DNA from: Acidimicrobiales bacterium
GTDB taxonomy: Bacteria; Actinomycetota; Actinomycetes; Mycobacteriales; QHCE01
DNA length: 64,000 nucleotides
Assembly: GCA_003243955.1 (NCBI GenBank)
Contig: QHCE01000043.1
Coordinates: forward strand, 5,475 to 69,474
Reading direction: 5' to 3'
The position numbers were made by a program, and so were the translations under genes. Shown piece after piece: positions 28,026 through 38,952 of this stretch; position 1 is the first letter of the stretch; the number at the start of each line of letters is the position of its first letter. The notes under the pieces were generated by a model. That model saw only the letters and a program-made list of their open reading frames with translations. It was not told the origin of the DNA and ran no database searches.

Positions 28026-28250
28026 GTACGCTGTTGAAGACATCAGAACGACCCGTAGCGGCTGTTCTTGCCGCGCCCATACTCATCGATGTTCGCGGCG
28101 ATCGCTTCGACTCGTTTCTTGACCTAGCCGTATTCGGCTCTCAGCTTGGAACTGACGTGCTCAATACTAGAAATGGAGCACCAGCGGCGCTCATTGCGGT
28201 CGTGTGCTCGCCGCGCAGCCTTTCGAACCGGTGAGGCCAGCTGGGTCATA

Positions 28251-28280
28251 GTCCACATACGGTGGTCACCGTATGTGGAC
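28251..28280. terminator. Hairpin just downstream of fxsA
   Basis: GTCCACATACGGTG-GT-CACCGTATGTGGAC, perfect complementary arms, 11 nt after the fxsA stop. Confidence 0.55.
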
Positions 28281-28290
28281 GCCAAAACGC

Positions 28291-28869
28291 TCATGTCTCA
28301 CGGGGTGGCTCATCCTTGGGCAATTCAGAACGTTTAGGCGTAGGCTCCGGCGCGATGATGGTCATGTGCTCCGCCTCGGCAACGCCACCCTCCCCTTCCG
28401 GCTCAGTAACAGCCCGATCAGCCGTTTCACGCACCGAGCCAGATTCGCCCCGGTGCGAGCGTACCCGAATAGGCTCGTTGAGACGTTCGCTAACTGAATC
28501 TGGCATCCACCTGGTCAGCCGGCGTAGCGTCCTACGCGCAGCCCACTGCCTTACAGGCGACAGTAATAGCACGCCTGCTGCGATGCTACTTCCAAATCCT
28601 GGCAGGATGAGCAAACTCCCTGCTATTGCGCCCAGCAATGAGTCCGCTACCGCCGTGGGGGCATGAGCCGCGCTGTCCCGCTCGTGCAGTACGCGCCACG
28701 CTCGGCGTCCCTGGTAGCGCAGCACCCACATACCCGCTACCGCGGAAGCCAAAAGCAAAATTACCGTGGCGCTATTGCCCAACCACTTTGCTACCAGCAC
28801 GATCCCAGTGATTTCAGCGAATGCTAGCAGTACGGCTAGCAATCCCGCGAAGCTTGCTAGCCGTCGCAT
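28291..28869 (-). CDS. fxsA: FxsA family membrane protein
   Basis: LLAFAEITGIVLVAKWLG..GMWVLRYQGRRAW is the typical FxsA N-terminus. Confidence 0.8.
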   Translation of the reverse strand: MRRLASFAGLLAVLLAFAEITGIVLVAKWLGNSATVILLLASAVAGMWVLRYQGRRAWRVLHERDSAAHAPTAVADSLLGAIAGSLLILPGFGSSIAAGVLLLSPVRQWAARRTLRRLTRWMPDSVSERLNEPIRVRSHRGESGSVRETADRAVTEPEGEGGVAEAEHMTIIAPEPTPKRSELPKDEPPRET

Positions 28870-28872
28870 ACT

Positions 28873-31461
28873 TCATTCTCCAGCACGTTTACGGGGTTGT
28901 CCTCTAAGCAGCCGTGCAATACGACGCAGGCGGCCCTTAATTCCCCACAAAGTAACCAGCCACAGCGCCTCCAGCACGATCTTCGAGCTCATTTTGCTGT
29001 TGCCATGTTCCCGGTCAGTAAACGTTATCGGAGCTTCAGTAATAGTGAACCCGGCCTGGAAGGCGCGCCACGTGAGATCAACCTGGAAACAGTAACCTTG
29101 CGAAGCCACGGCTGAGAAGTCAATAGCATCTAGCACTGTTCGGCGATACGCTCTAAACCCACCCGTGGCATCCTTGACTTGGAACCCTAGGGCAAGCCGG
29201 ACATATACATTTGCTAACCGTGACAACAGCAACCGGTGTTTAGGCCAGTTCAAGACTTGGCCGCCAGGCATCCAACGTGAACCAATGACTAGATCTGCGT
29301 TCTCTAGTGCGCTCAACAGCCGAGGTAGCTCCTCAGGCGCGTGTGAGCCATCGGCATCCATCTCGACAACCACGTCGTAGTTGTTCTCGCGCGCCCAGGA
29401 AAATCCGGCAATATAGGCCGCACCCAGGCCTTTTTTGCCTTCGCGGTGCAGCACGTGGAGTGCCTTGTCCTCGTTGGCGAGCGCGTCAGCGATCTCGCCG
29501 GTGCCATCAGGACTATTGTCATCGACAATCAGTAGTGCCACATCGGGCGCAGCCACGCGCATCCGCTGCGTGATCTGCGTAAGGTTCTTAGCTTCGTTGA
29601 ACGTGGGCACCACAACGAGCACTCGCGCTGGTACTCGCTCTTGCGCGCTAGCAGCGGTTGCTGCCGAACCCGAGGCGGCCGCAGCTAGCGAGTGCAACGC
29701 TGGGCTCTCGTCTGTTGCTGGCTCAGCCTCGGAAACAGTAGTAGGTTGTTCCGCCAACACCATGGCATCTCCCTCTGAAGCTCGTAATTTCTCTCGGGCT
29801 GGTGTGGCATTGCTGGTCACTGAGGTTCGAGCCGCCACAAACGCCAAAACGATCGAGAAAGCAGCCAGCAACGACATGATCCAAGTTGGCCACGAGCCCA
29901 CTTTTGTGGCAAGAGTACGCGATGGGTCAAGTTCTATTTCACGCAGCAATGCTGCGGGAGTAAATAGCTGCGTGGCGGCCAACACCACTCCTTGCGGCGA
30001 GACGATCGCTGAAATTCCGGTCGTCGATGCCATGACGGCGTACCGATGATATTCCACGGCGCGCAGCCGCACCATGGCCAGCTGTTGAGCGCTTTGGGCG
30101 GAACGACCAAACGTTGCATTGTTGGTTTGCACGACGAACAGCTGAGCTCCAGGCCTTAGCACATCGGCCGATAGCTGATCGTAGGCAACTTCAAAACAAA
30201 TGACGTCCCCAATGCGGACGGGCCCCAGTTGGAGCAGACCGGGACGTTTCCCAGCTACGAAGTTCCGCCGCACGAGATCCACTTTGCCGCTGATCTGCCG
30301 GAAAAAGCTTCTGTAGGGCACATACTCGGCAAATGGCACCGGATGGCGCTTGACGTATTGCTCTCCTGGCCCGGTCGCTGGATCCCAAACGATGCCGGTG
30401 TTACGCAAAGTGCCCTGTGGACCGTCTAGCACCGCGCCGACCAAGATCGGCGCACCTATCTTGGCGGCCGCGCTACTGATCAGATCGGCGGCTGTCGGGT
30501 CTTGATACGGGTCAATGTCGGAGGAGTTCTCTGGCCAGATCACCAGATCGGGCTGCCGGACCTCACCACGCTGGATTCGCTCAGCCAGGCGTCGCGTTTG
30601 CGTTACATGGTTGTTCAGTACGGCGCGGCGCTGTGCGTTGAAAGCCAGACCCGCGCGCGGCACGTTGCCTTGTATCACCGCAACAGTTACCCGCTGGTTG
30701 GGTGATCTTGAATGAGTGGAGGGCAGGCTCAGCCGTGCACCCTCGAGGCCCCCGATGAGCACCCCAAAAATGACCGTTAAGACCAGTGCCCCACTAACGA
30801 ACCACTGGCGCAGGCCCAGCGCTGGAATACGCGCCCATAGGTAATAAGCCGCCACCGCAACACAGCCACCACATAGCGCTACCGTGAAGCTCACCGCGGG
30901 AGCACCGCCCAGCGCGGCCCACCACATCAGAGGACTATCCGCTTGACTAAAGGCTAATCGACCCCACGGAAAACCGCCCCACGGCAGTGCTGAACGCAGC
31001 GTCTCCTGGGCCACCCAGGCTGCCGCAATCAGCACCGGCAGCAACAGCCGAAGCTGTGGCCATCGGGCTGGTATCCGGGCAAGTGATGCCAGAACCACGC
31101 CGAGTAACGCCATGTACAACGCCTCGAAGGCTGCGAGGGTGAGCCATGGGAACCATCCGACATACAGCCCGGTCCAGTACAGCAACGGCACAAAGAAAGC
31201 CAGGCCGTGCACGCCTCCCAAGAGCAGCGCCCATCGCCACGACTGGCCCAACGATATTGCCGAGAGAAGCCCTACAGCTACGAGAGCGTTCCACCACCAG
31301 TCCAAGGGCGCAAATGCGGTCAGGGCGCACCCGCCAGACACCGCGGCCAGCAGGAGCGACCAGCCAGGAGCGCACAGCGTGCGATAGGAAGAGCTTGAGG
31401 GCACCCAGATCCTTGCCATTAACGTTGACGCTAGATATTGGCGAAGCGCTGGGGTGGACAT
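28873..31461 (-). CDS. ppm1: Bifunctional apolipoprotein N-acyltransferase / polyprenol-phosphate mannose synthase (Lnt-Ppm1 fusion)
   Basis: The N-terminal polytopic CN-hydrolase part (DLVIWPENSS, IGDVICFEVAY) is fused to a C-terminal GT2 domain (VVVPTFNEAKN, LIVDDNSPDGT), as in Rv2051c. Confidence 0.9.
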   Translation of the reverse strand: MSTPALRQYLASTLMARIWVPSSSSYRTLCAPGWSLLLAAVSGGCALTAFAPLDWWWNALVAVGLLSAISLGQSWRWALLLGGVHGLAFFVPLLYWTGLYVGWFPWLTLAAFEALYMALLGVVLASLARIPARWPQLRLLLPVLIAAAWVAQETLRSALPWGGFPWGRLAFSQADSPLMWWAALGGAPAVSFTVALCGGCVAVAAYYLWARIPALGLRQWFVSGALVLTVIFGVLIGGLEGARLSLPSTHSRSPNQRVTVAVIQGNVPRAGLAFNAQRRAVLNNHVTQTRRLAERIQRGEVRQPDLVIWPENSSDIDPYQDPTAADLISSAAAKIGAPILVGAVLDGPQGTLRNTGIVWDPATGPGEQYVKRHPVPFAEYVPYRSFFRQISGKVDLVRRNFVAGKRPGLLQLGPVRIGDVICFEVAYDQLSADVLRPGAQLFVVQTNNATFGRSAQSAQQLAMVRLRAVEYHRYAVMASTTGISAIVSPQGVVLAATQLFTPAALLREIELDPSRTLATKVGSWPTWIMSLLAAFSIVLAFVAARTSVTSNATPAREKLRASEGDAMVLAEQPTTVSEAEPATDESPALHSLAAAASGSAATAASAQERVPARVLVVVPTFNEAKNLTQITQRMRVAAPDVALLIVDDNSPDGTGEIADALANEDKALHVLHREGKKGLGAAYIAGFSWARENNYDVVVEMDADGSHAPEELPRLLSALENADLVIGSRWMPGGQVLNWPKHRLLLSRLANVYVRLALGFQVKDATGGFRAYRRTVLDAIDFSAVASQGYCFQVDLTWRAFQAGFTITEAPITFTDREHGNSKMSSKIVLEALWLVTLWGIKGRLRRIARLLRGQPRKRAGE

Positions 31462-31483
31462 GCTTCTCCGGAGACCTTAGAGG

Positions 31484-31987
31484 TTATACCGCGGCCCAGT
31501 TTGATTCGCGGATCGCGCGCATGGCGGCTTTGCGCTCTGGAGGATCAAGGCGATCGAGGTAGAGCAGCCCGTTGAGGTGATCGACTTCGTGTTGTAAGCA
31601 GCGCGCCATTAAACCTGAGCCGGAGATAGTGATCGGTTCGTTGTTCAGGTCGACGCCACGAACTGTGGTGTGAGCGGCACGAGTCGTCGGATACCACAGG
31701 TCCGGCACCGAAAGGCATGCCTCTTCGTCGCGTTGTGTCTCCTGTGAGATCTTCACAATTTCAGGGTTGAGTACGTAACCACGTTTATCATCTACGTTGT
31801 AGCTGAACGCACGCAGATCCACCCCGATTTGAGTGGCAGCCAGACCTGCCCGACCTGGGGCATTTACCGTATCGAGCAGATCGGTAACCAGCTGCCGTAG
31901 CCGCTGGTCGAAAACCGTCACCGGCTGGGTTGGGCTTCGCAACACTGGATCGCCAAACAGGACGATAGGACGCACCGCCACGGTCAT
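31484..31987 (-). CDS. def: Peptide deformylase
   Basis: EACLSVP and QHEVDHLNG metal-binding motifs. Confidence 0.95.
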   Translation of the reverse strand: MTVAVRPIVLFGDPVLRSPTQPVTVFDQRLRQLVTDLLDTVNAPGRAGLAATQIGVDLRAFSYNVDDKRGYVLNPEIVKISQETQRDEEACLSVPDLWYPTTRAAHTTVRGVDLNNEPITISGSGLMARCLQHEVDHLNGLLYLDRLDPPERKAAMRAIRESNWAAV

Positions 31988-32035
31988 GCTCCTTTTCTTC
32001 TTTTCTACCGCTAAGTGCGGCCATCACATAAGCGA

Positions 32036-33178
32036 CTACAAATACACCAGACTGTGCGTGGTGGTGTTGAGCCGCTCCACGCCAGATTCTGTGCAGGCCA
32101 CGATATCTTCTATTCGAGCACCATGAGCGTTGGGCAAGTAAATACCAGGCTCGACACTAAAGACCATGCCTGGTTCAAGGATCAACTGGTTGCCCGCAAC
32201 CAAATACGGTTCTTCGTGGGTCTGTAAACCAATGCCATGGCCGGTTCGGTGAATGAAAAAACTGCCGTAGCCAGCTTGATCGATCACCTCTCGGCATGCG
32301 GCATCTACCGACTCGGCGGTGACACCGGGTTTGACTGCCGCCACACCCGCCTGCTGTGCGTCATACACCACCTGGTAGTACTCGACGAATGGCATAGGCG
32401 GCTGCCCTACGGCGTAGGTACGGGTGGAATCCGAACAGTATCCGCTGGGCATACGGCCCCCGATATCGACTACGACCGGATCTCCGGACTCTATTACCTG
32501 GCCACCTGGAACGTGATGCGGCGAGGCGCTATTACTGCCCGCGGCCACGATCACGAAGCTGGCGCTGGCGTGCCCCTCGTCAATGATGGCATTACTAACA
32601 TCGCGTGCCACTTCCCGTTCGGTCCGCCCGGGAAGCAACCACTCCGCCATCCGCTCGTGAACTCGATCGATGGCGGCAGCCGCGGCGGTCAGCTCGGCAA
32701 TTTCTTCGGCTGATTTTCGAGTTCGCAAAGTATGGATAATTTCTCCCGCCAAGCTGAACTCAGACTTCGGCAGAGCGGCACGCAAACTGAGCAGCTGCTC
32801 GGCAGCCATGTGATTAGTCACCGCCAGCCGTGACGGCGCTACAGGAAGGGACTCCCCGAGTACATGCCGGACAAGGTCATAGGGGTCTACGGTCTCTGAC
32901 CACGGGATCACAGCGATGCCTAGCGCCGGAATGGGCGAATCCTGTACCGCTCGAACTTCCAGCTCGGGTAAAATGAGGCTGACTGGACCCTCAGCAGGCA
33001 AAAGCAGGCAGGTGAGTCGCTCCAGAGCCATCGCATCGTAGCCCGTTAGGTATCGTAGATCAGCACCTGGAGTAATCAGTAGCGCCTCCACGCCAGCCGT
33101 GTGTGCCGCTCGCGCGGCCGCGTTGATTCGGTCGTTGTTGTAGAGAGATGTCACAGGTCGAAGCTTAGCCGGCGCCAC
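32036..33178 (-). CDS. M24-family Xaa-Pro dipeptidase/aminopeptidase
   Basis: VVDIGG.., HRTGHGIGLQTHEEP, SVEPGIY, ARIED metal-ligand motifs. Confidence 0.9.
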   Translation of the reverse strand: MAPAKLRPVTSLYNNDRINAAARAAHTAGVEALLITPGADLRYLTGYDAMALERLTCLLLPAEGPVSLILPELEVRAVQDSPIPALGIAVIPWSETVDPYDLVRHVLGESLPVAPSRLAVTNHMAAEQLLSLRAALPKSEFSLAGEIIHTLRTRKSAEEIAELTAAAAAIDRVHERMAEWLLPGRTEREVARDVSNAIIDEGHASASFVIVAAGSNSASPHHVPGGQVIESGDPVVVDIGGRMPSGYCSDSTRTYAVGQPPMPFVEYYQVVYDAQQAGVAAVKPGVTAESVDAACREVIDQAGYGSFFIHRTGHGIGLQTHEEPYLVAGNQLILEPGMVFSVEPGIYLPNAHGARIEDIVACTESGVERLNTTTHSLVYL

Positions 33179-33283
33179 AGATCGTTATTTCACGAAGAGG
33201 CCAACACGGATAAACGCTCACTTCTACACTCCCTACGCTGGTAGGGCATTTCAGGCACCGTTTAATCATTAGCTGATCATAAA

Positions 33284-34864
33284 ATGATCAGTAACGATAA
33301 GGATTCCATGACTACGTCTTTGGCCACAGCACTAATTGACGTTCCAGAAGGTTCATCGGCCCAGGATTGCGTGCCCACCCGGTTTGAGTCTGCGGTCAGG
33401 ATCAGACTAAAAAAGTCACTGCCGCTCTGGCTGACTGTAAACACATACTGGTGGCTTCCCACCCTGATGGCGCTTGTGATCATTAGATATGGAGCCGGCC
33501 GACCAGTGTTGGGCTGGGATGAACTGGCCACTCTGAGTGCCGCTCCACGCTCGGTGGGAGAGCTGGTGGGGTTGGCCTCCAATATTGACGCGGTGCTTAC
33601 CCCGTACTACCTCTTCATGCACTTCTGGATACAGCTCTTCGGCGACTCCGAAGTCGCCCTACGAATGCCATCAATACTAAGTACTGCCGCCGCTGTTGGC
33701 GTTACCTCGATGCTGGCCCGCCGCCTGTTTTCGTCTAAAGTCGCTTTGCTCACCGGGCTACTACTCGCCGTGATGCCGGCTATCACACACTACGGACAGC
33801 AGGCTCGTCCCTACGGTTTTTCGCTCTTCTTTGCTGTCCTGGCAACGCTGCTGCTGTTTCGCGCACTGGATCATCCGTCATGGTGGCGTTGGGCCGGTTA
33901 CGGAACTGCCACCGCACTGCTTGGGCTCTTCCATGTGCTGGGGCTGTTGCTACTCCTTGGCCACGCCGCGGTAATGGCTGATCACTGGCGACGGGAGGGG
34001 AGCTGGAAAGAACGCATTGCCCAGCGTGGTCCTTACCTGCGCTGGATCGCTGCCGTTGGTGTGGCCGTGTTGTTCTGCCTACCACTGGCCTCCATCGGGT
34101 TGGGACAACGAAGCCAGCTGTTTTGGCTTCCTCCTATGGAGTGGCGCTCGTTGGAAAATCTTCCCGACGGTCTGTTCGGCTCGTCCGCTATTGGTCTAGT
34201 CCTGATGGGAGTGGCGTTATCCGCCCGCAGTCACAACCGTCTGGTAATCGGCCAGTTGACCGCGATAGCGCTGCTACCCGTGGCAGGGCTGTACCTCATG
34301 TCGTTTGCTACCCCGATGTGGGTGCCGCGTTATCTGATTTACACCCTCGCGGTGTGGTGCCTACTCGCCGCTGTCACGATGGCGGGCAATCGACTAGGCA
34401 CCTTGGTGATCTTCGCGCTTGTGCTAGCAATTGGCGTACCTAGCCACCAGCTACTTCGCCAAACTGTTGGCCAGCAACAGATTGACTACCGAGTCGCTAT
34501 GCGCGTTATTGGACAGAACTACCAGCCCGGGGACGGTATAGTCTATGATCCGGCATCAGCATGGAGCGTCCGCCCGGCAGTACGGTACTACTTACCCAAA
34601 AACCGCCCACGCGATGTGCTGGTAACGAAAACCGCCGCTCAGGACCACTCTCTTGACGCCCAAGAATGTGCACGCTCAGAAGATTGTCTGCGCGGGGTGC
34701 CTCGGGTATGGATTTTTCGTCCGGTGAGCTACAACTCAACCCTCGACGATTTTTCCGGCCAGGTACCAAGGACACTGCGGCGCGAGTACACCCTCACCAT
34801 GACCTGGCGTGTCGCCAATAGCACAATCGAAGTGTATTCGCGAGCAAGCGGCTCAGTAACTTAA
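33284..34864 (+). CDS. Polytopic glycosyl(mannosyl)transferase, GT39/PMT_2-like
   Basis: 526 aa with many TM segments. GWDELATLSAA..LRMPSILSTAAAVGVTSMLARRLF is typical of ArnT/PMT-like lipid-linked sugar transferases. Confidence 0.7.
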   Translation: MISNDKDSMTTSLATALIDVPEGSSAQDCVPTRFESAVRIRLKKSLPLWLTVNTYWWLPTLMALVIIRYGAGRPVLGWDELATLSAAPRSVGELVGLASNIDAVLTPYYLFMHFWIQLFGDSEVALRMPSILSTAAAVGVTSMLARRLFSSKVALLTGLLLAVMPAITHYGQQARPYGFSLFFAVLATLLLFRALDHPSWWRWAGYGTATALLGLFHVLGLLLLLGHAAVMADHWRREGSWKERIAQRGPYLRWIAAVGVAVLFCLPLASIGLGQRSQLFWLPPMEWRSLENLPDGLFGSSAIGLVLMGVALSARSHNRLVIGQLTAIALLPVAGLYLMSFATPMWVPRYLIYTLAVWCLLAAVTMAGNRLGTLVIFALVLAIGVPSHQLLRQTVGQQQIDYRVAMRVIGQNYQPGDGIVYDPASAWSVRPAVRYYLPKNRPRDVLVTKTAAQDHSLDAQECARSEDCLRGVPRVWIFRPVSYNSTLDDFSGQVPRTLRREYTLTMTWRVANSTIEVYSRASGSVT

Positions 34865-34911
34865 CTGACCCAGTAGCTTGACGGGCCTAACGCTGTTGGC
34901 ATACTCGGGTC

Positions 34912-35997
34912 ATGATGAGTGAGGTGACCGAGACAGCGGTTCTACTGGCTACGTTGGGCGAACAGGCGCTGAGCCGGCAGCCTCCGGACAGAGCGCAGGC
35001 GTTGGCATTGTTGGCTCTAGGAGACGACCACGTGCTGGATGTGGTGGCTGCCGCCAGTCGAGTACGCCGGAAGTTCTTTGGTCGCCGGGTAAAGCTGAAC
35101 TTGATCGTGAACATGAAGAGTGGGCTGTGCCCGGAGGATTGCTTCTACTGCTCGCAGCGGCTCGGATCGGCCTCTGATGTGTTGAAGTATTCATGGATCA
35201 GCCCAGCTGCGGTAGCCGACACCACAGACCAGGCAGTGGCCGGTGGCGCGAAGCGGGTGTGCTTGGTCGCCAGTGGCCGCGGCCCCAGTGACCGGGATAT
35301 CACGCGGGTCACGGACACGATTGACGTGATTAAACAGCGGCAACCCAACGTAGAGGTCTGTGTCTGCCTCGGGCTACTCAAGCCCAATCAGGCCGAGCGG
35401 CTACGCGATGCCGGAGCGCTGGCTTACAACCATAATCTCAACACCAGCGAGGAAAACTACGCCAAGATCTGTACTACTCACACCTACGACGATCGCGTGG
35501 ATACTGTGCAGCGGGCACAGACAGCTGGTTTGTCGCCATGTTCCGGAGCAATTTTTGGCATGGGCGAGAGTGACAGCGACGTCGTGGACCTGGCGCTGCG
35601 ACTACGCGAGTTGGATCCGGACTCAGTTCCGGTGAATTTTCTCATCCCGTTTGAGGGCACCCCGCTTGGGTCGCAGTGGGAACTCACCCCGCAGCGTTGT
35701 CTGCGGATCCTGGCGCTATTCCGCTTCACTTTCCCCGACGTAGAGGTTCGCCTTGCCGGCGGTCGGGAAATTCATTTACGGACGCTACAACCACTGGCAC
35801 TGCATATTGTCAACTCCATATTTCTCGGTGACTATCTCACCAGTGAAGGGCAGGCCGGCTCCGCCGATCTGCAGATGATTGCCGATGCTGGTCTCGTTGT
35901 GGAGGGCCAGGACGAGCAGACGCTGCCCGACGCTCGGCACGACCTGGTCGTGCTCCGTCGCCGTGGACCGGGCACCGAGCTACCCGTCAACGCTTGA
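34912..35997 (+). CDS. bioB: Biotin synthase
   Basis: Radical-SAM [10 protein letters not shown], with NHNLNTSE and GAIFGMGES motifs. Confidence 0.9.
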   Translation: MMSEVTETAVLLATLGEQALSRQPPDRAQALALLALGDDHVLDVVAAASRVRRKFFGRRVKLNLIVNMKSGLCPEDCFYCSQRLGSASDVLKYSWISPAAVADTTDQAVAGGAKRVCLVASGRGPSDRDITRVTDTIDVIKQRQPNVEVCVCLGLLKPNQAERLRDAGALAYNHNLNTSEENYAKICTTHTYDDRVDTVQRAQTAGLSPCSGAIFGMGESDSDVVDLALRLRELDPDSVPVNFLIPFEGTPLGSQWELTPQRCLRILALFRFTFPDVEVRLAGGREIHLRTLQPLALHIVNSIFLGDYLTSEGQAGSADLQMIADAGLVVEGQDEQTLPDARHDLVVLRRRGPGTELPVNA

Positions 35998-36932
35998 CGC
36001 GCGTAATGACGGCGATGCTGCTCGACGCGGCGAGTATGTATTTTCGGGCATACCACGCGCTACCTACCTCCATCACCGCTTCCGACGGCAGCCCGGTGAA
36101 CGCGGTTCGGGGTTTCCTTGACATGCTCGCGGTCCTGGTGAAACGTTCTCGACCGAGCCAGCTGGTGGCTTGCCTAGACCAGGACTGGCGGCCGGCATGG
36201 CGGGTGGAACTTATTCCAAGCTATAAAGCTCAACGCGTTGACGCCGCTAGACCTGAGCAAGAAGCGGCTCCCGATGCGCTCGGTCCACAAGTGCCGATAC
36301 TGCTCGAGGTGCTTGCCGCACTCGGGGTGCCCGCGATAGGGGCACCAAATTATGAAGCCGATGATGTGATTGGCACTCTTGCTTTCCGCCTCGCAGCAGA
36401 ACACACCGTTGAGGTGGTGACTGGGGATCGCGATTTGTTCTCGCTGATTCGGGCAAGTACCGGCAGCAGCAAAGCCATTACCGTACTCTACATCGCTCGG
36501 GGCATAGCAAACCTGGCCGAAATGGACCCAACCGAGCTGCAACAGCGCTACGGGGTAAGCCCAGAGCAATATGCTGACGTGGCTGTACTACGTGGGGATT
36601 CCTCCGACGGCCTGCCTGGGGTACGCGGCATCGGCGAGAAGACCGCGACTCGGCTGATCACCACATTCGGCTCGCTGACCCAGTTGCAGGCAGCGGTGAA
36701 GTCCGGAGATGACCGGATCAGTGCACGCCTGACCGCCAGCATCGCCGAACATGGGGATTACCTCGCCGCTGCTAGGCGGGTGGTCACCATCTGCACCGAA
36801 GTGCCCATACAAACGCCGAACATCGCCACACCACTGGCACCCCCCAACGCGGCCCGGCTAGCCGAGCTTGCGCAATGTTACAACCTTGGCAGCTCAATCA
36901 CCCGCGTCTCTACGGCGCTGTACGCGCGCTAA
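35994..36932 (+). CDS. 5-prime to 3-prime exonuclease (FEN/PIN + H3TH, Rv2090-like)
   Basis: [42 protein letters not shown]. Confidence 0.85.
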   Translation: MTRVMTAMLLDAASMYFRAYHALPTSITASDGSPVNAVRGFLDMLAVLVKRSRPSQLVACLDQDWRPAWRVELIPSYKAQRVDAARPEQEAAPDALGPQVPILLEVLAALGVPAIGAPNYEADDVIGTLAFRLAAEHTVEVVTGDRDLFSLIRASTGSSKAITVLYIARGIANLAEMDPTELQQRYGVSPEQYADVAVLRGDSSDGLPGVRGIGEKTATRLITTFGSLTQLQAAVKSGDDRISARLTASIAEHGDYLAAARRVVTICTEVPIQTPNIATPLAPPNAARLAELAQCYNLGSSITRVSTALYAR

Positions 36933-37002
36933 ACACTGCCATCCCGGGGACAGGATGCGTTCCTGCTACTCGAGGCCACCGTCGTCGCTGGCCTCGATCG
37001 CC

Positions 37003-37515
37003 CTAAACAGCGGTCGAGTCGAGGCTGGGGACCGCGGGCTGCTGGTCGAGATTGTCTGCACAGGAGCGCAGCCACGCCAAGATCGTCCCGGTGCTCTCCG
37101 GCCCGGCGTGCTCGACCAGGAGATCTTCAAGCTGCTGTACGTGAACTGCAGCCGCGGCAAGGCGGGCGTGACCTTTCTGGGTGAGCGTCAACCGTCTGAC
37201 CCGTTCCTCGGCTGTGCGCTCGGCGCGTGCGATCAGCATGGCCTCACTCAAGGTCGTGATAATCCGGATCATGGTCGGCGCGGTGACGAAGGAGCGCCGT
37301 GCCAGTTCGGCGTTGGAGATGTTCGGATGCTCAGCCAGTAGCGCGAGTACGGCGTACTGCGGGCTCGTCAGTCCGTACTCGGCCAGACTCGACCCGTCCC
37401 GACAAGGCGATCTCGTCGAGGCCCTCAACGACTCCACCGCGGCGCTGTTCGTGAGCGTACCCGGCTTCGTGTCAGCGAACTTCCACGGCAGCCTGGACGG
37501 AACGCGTGTAATCAA
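37003..37515 (-). CDS. MarR-family regulator (N-terminal boundary doubtful)
   Basis: GLTSPQYAVLALLAEHPNISNAELARRSFVTAPTMIRIITTLSEAMLI..RRLTLTQKG. The first ~45 codons are antisense to the ABM-like ORF. Confidence 0.65.
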   Translation of the reverse strand: MITRVPSRLPWKFADTKPGTLTNSAAVESLRASTRSPCRDGSSLAEYGLTSPQYAVLALLAEHPNISNAELARRSFVTAPTMIRIITTLSEAMLIARAERTAEERVRRLTLTQKGHARLAAAAVHVQQLEDLLVEHAGPESTGTILAWLRSCADNLDQQPAVPSLDSTAV

Positions 37516-37672
37516 CTATGCGCAGTGGGCCAGCGAGACGCACTTCCAGGAGATGATGGAACGATCCGATGTGCGTGAGCACATGGCCGAGATCATGGCG
37601 ATCGCGGAGAAGGCCGAGCCCCGCATGTTCAGGGTGCGCTCCATTCACCACGCGCTGGCAAATAAAGCATGA
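37319..37672 (+). CDS. Antibiotic-biosynthesis-monooxygenase (ABM)-like protein, possibly N-terminally damaged
   Basis: Homology starts near 37385 (RLDPSRQGDLVEAL..VPGFVSANFHGSLDGTRVINYAQWASETHF..). No start codon lies close to the domain boundary, and the ORF overlaps MarR head to head. Confidence 0.45.
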   Translation: MFGCSASSASTAYCGLVSPYSARLDPSRQGDLVEALNDSTAALFVSVPGFVSANFHGSLDGTRVINYAQWASETHFQEMMERSDVREHMAEIMAIAEKAEPRMFRVRSIHHALANKA

Positions 37673-37764
37673 GCAATCCTGCCTCCGCTAGCACCGTCAT
37701 GGCGATCTTCAGCCGTAACGCCGCGTCGGCCAACGTCCTGTTCAGGCAAGCCCGTTGCATCGCA

Positions 37765-38874
37765 TTACAGCTGCTCAATGCCACGGGCTTGTTCTAGCGT
37801 GGCTATGCCCGCTCGGTCCAGCCGGGCCAACAAACCGCACTGAATGCGGAGCGGCCATAACGGGCCACCATAGATGAAGCCCGTGTAGCCCTGCAGCAAC
37901 GTAGCACCAGCACAAATACGCTGCCAAGCATCCTCGGGGCTGGAAATTCCGCCAACGGAAACCAGTGTGATCCGCTCCCCCACCTGAGCTCTGAGCCGGC
38001 GCAGCACTTCCAGAGAGCGCTGCTGAAGCGGAGCGCCAGATAAACCGCCAGCACCAAGCGCATCGACCTGCTCGGAGGTACTGCGAAGTCCCTCGCGACT
38101 CAAGCTGGTGTTGGTGGCAACTATGCCATCGAGTTCAAGCTCTAGCGCCAGATGCGCCACCTCGTCGATGTCGGAGTCAGCAAGGTCGGGAGCTATTTTC
38201 ACCAGTAACGGAACCGGAGATGCGCTCCGCGCTATCGCGTCATCGGCAATCACTTGTTTCATAGCGAGTAGGAGCGGGCGCAGCAGCGACACCGCTTGCA
38301 GGTTTCGTAAGCCAGGGGTGTTGGGAGAACTGACGTTTACTACCAGAAAATCAGCGTACGGCACTAACTGCCGGGCGCTCGACACATAATCGTCAACAGC
38401 GCCTGACTCCTCAACAGTCTTGGTCTTCCCGATATTCACACCGATGATCAGTCGATTCCGACCCGAAACTTGAGCTAAACTTCGGACCGCCGCCGCGGCA
38501 CCAGCGTTGTTGAAGCCCATGCGATTGATGAGTGCGGCATCAGCGGGTAGTCGAAACAGGCGAGGCTTTGGATTGCCTGGCTGCGGTGACGCCGTGACAG
38601 TGCCAACTTCGATGAATCCAAAACCGAGCGCGGTCAGCGCGGCGGGGCCACGCGCATCCTTATCGAATCCGGCCGCGAGTCCTAACGGGTTATCGAATCG
38701 GCGGCCGAACGCGTGCACCGCCAGTCGCGGGCTGCGCACTCGACACATGGCCCTCATCACGTTGCGCGCCCCTGGGATCGCAGCGACTGCACGGAGGAGC
38801 CCAAAGCTCAGCCTGTGCGCAGCCTCTGCGGGGAGTCGGCTCAGGATTAGCCAAAACAGGAATCGATAAATCAT
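37765..38874 (-). CDS. pyrD: Dihydroorotate dehydrogenase (quinone)
   Basis: [22 protein letters not shown].. N-terminus, [25 protein letters not shown] motifs. ATG 38874 lies inside ORF 37765-38904. Confidence 0.9.
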   Translation of the reverse strand: MIYRFLFWLILSRLPAEAAHRLSFGLLRAVAAIPGARNVMRAMCRVRSPRLAVHAFGRRFDNPLGLAAGFDKDARGPAALTALGFGFIEVGTVTASPQPGNPKPRLFRLPADAALINRMGFNNAGAAAAVRSLAQVSGRNRLIIGVNIGKTKTVEESGAVDDYVSSARQLVPYADFLVVNVSSPNTPGLRNLQAVSLLRPLLLAMKQVIADDAIARSASPVPLLVKIAPDLADSDIDEVAHLALELELDGIVATNTSLSREGLRSTSEQVDALGAGGLSGAPLQQRSLEVLRRLRAQVGERITLVSVGGISSPEDAWQRICAGATLLQGYTGFIYGGPLWPLRIQCGLLARLDRAGIATLEQARGIEQL

Positions 38875-38952
38875 AATAAGTACGCACCGTAACAGCGAGC
38901 GCACATAGCGATGAGCACGAGTCCGACAGCAGCTGAGGTAGGGAGATCACCT

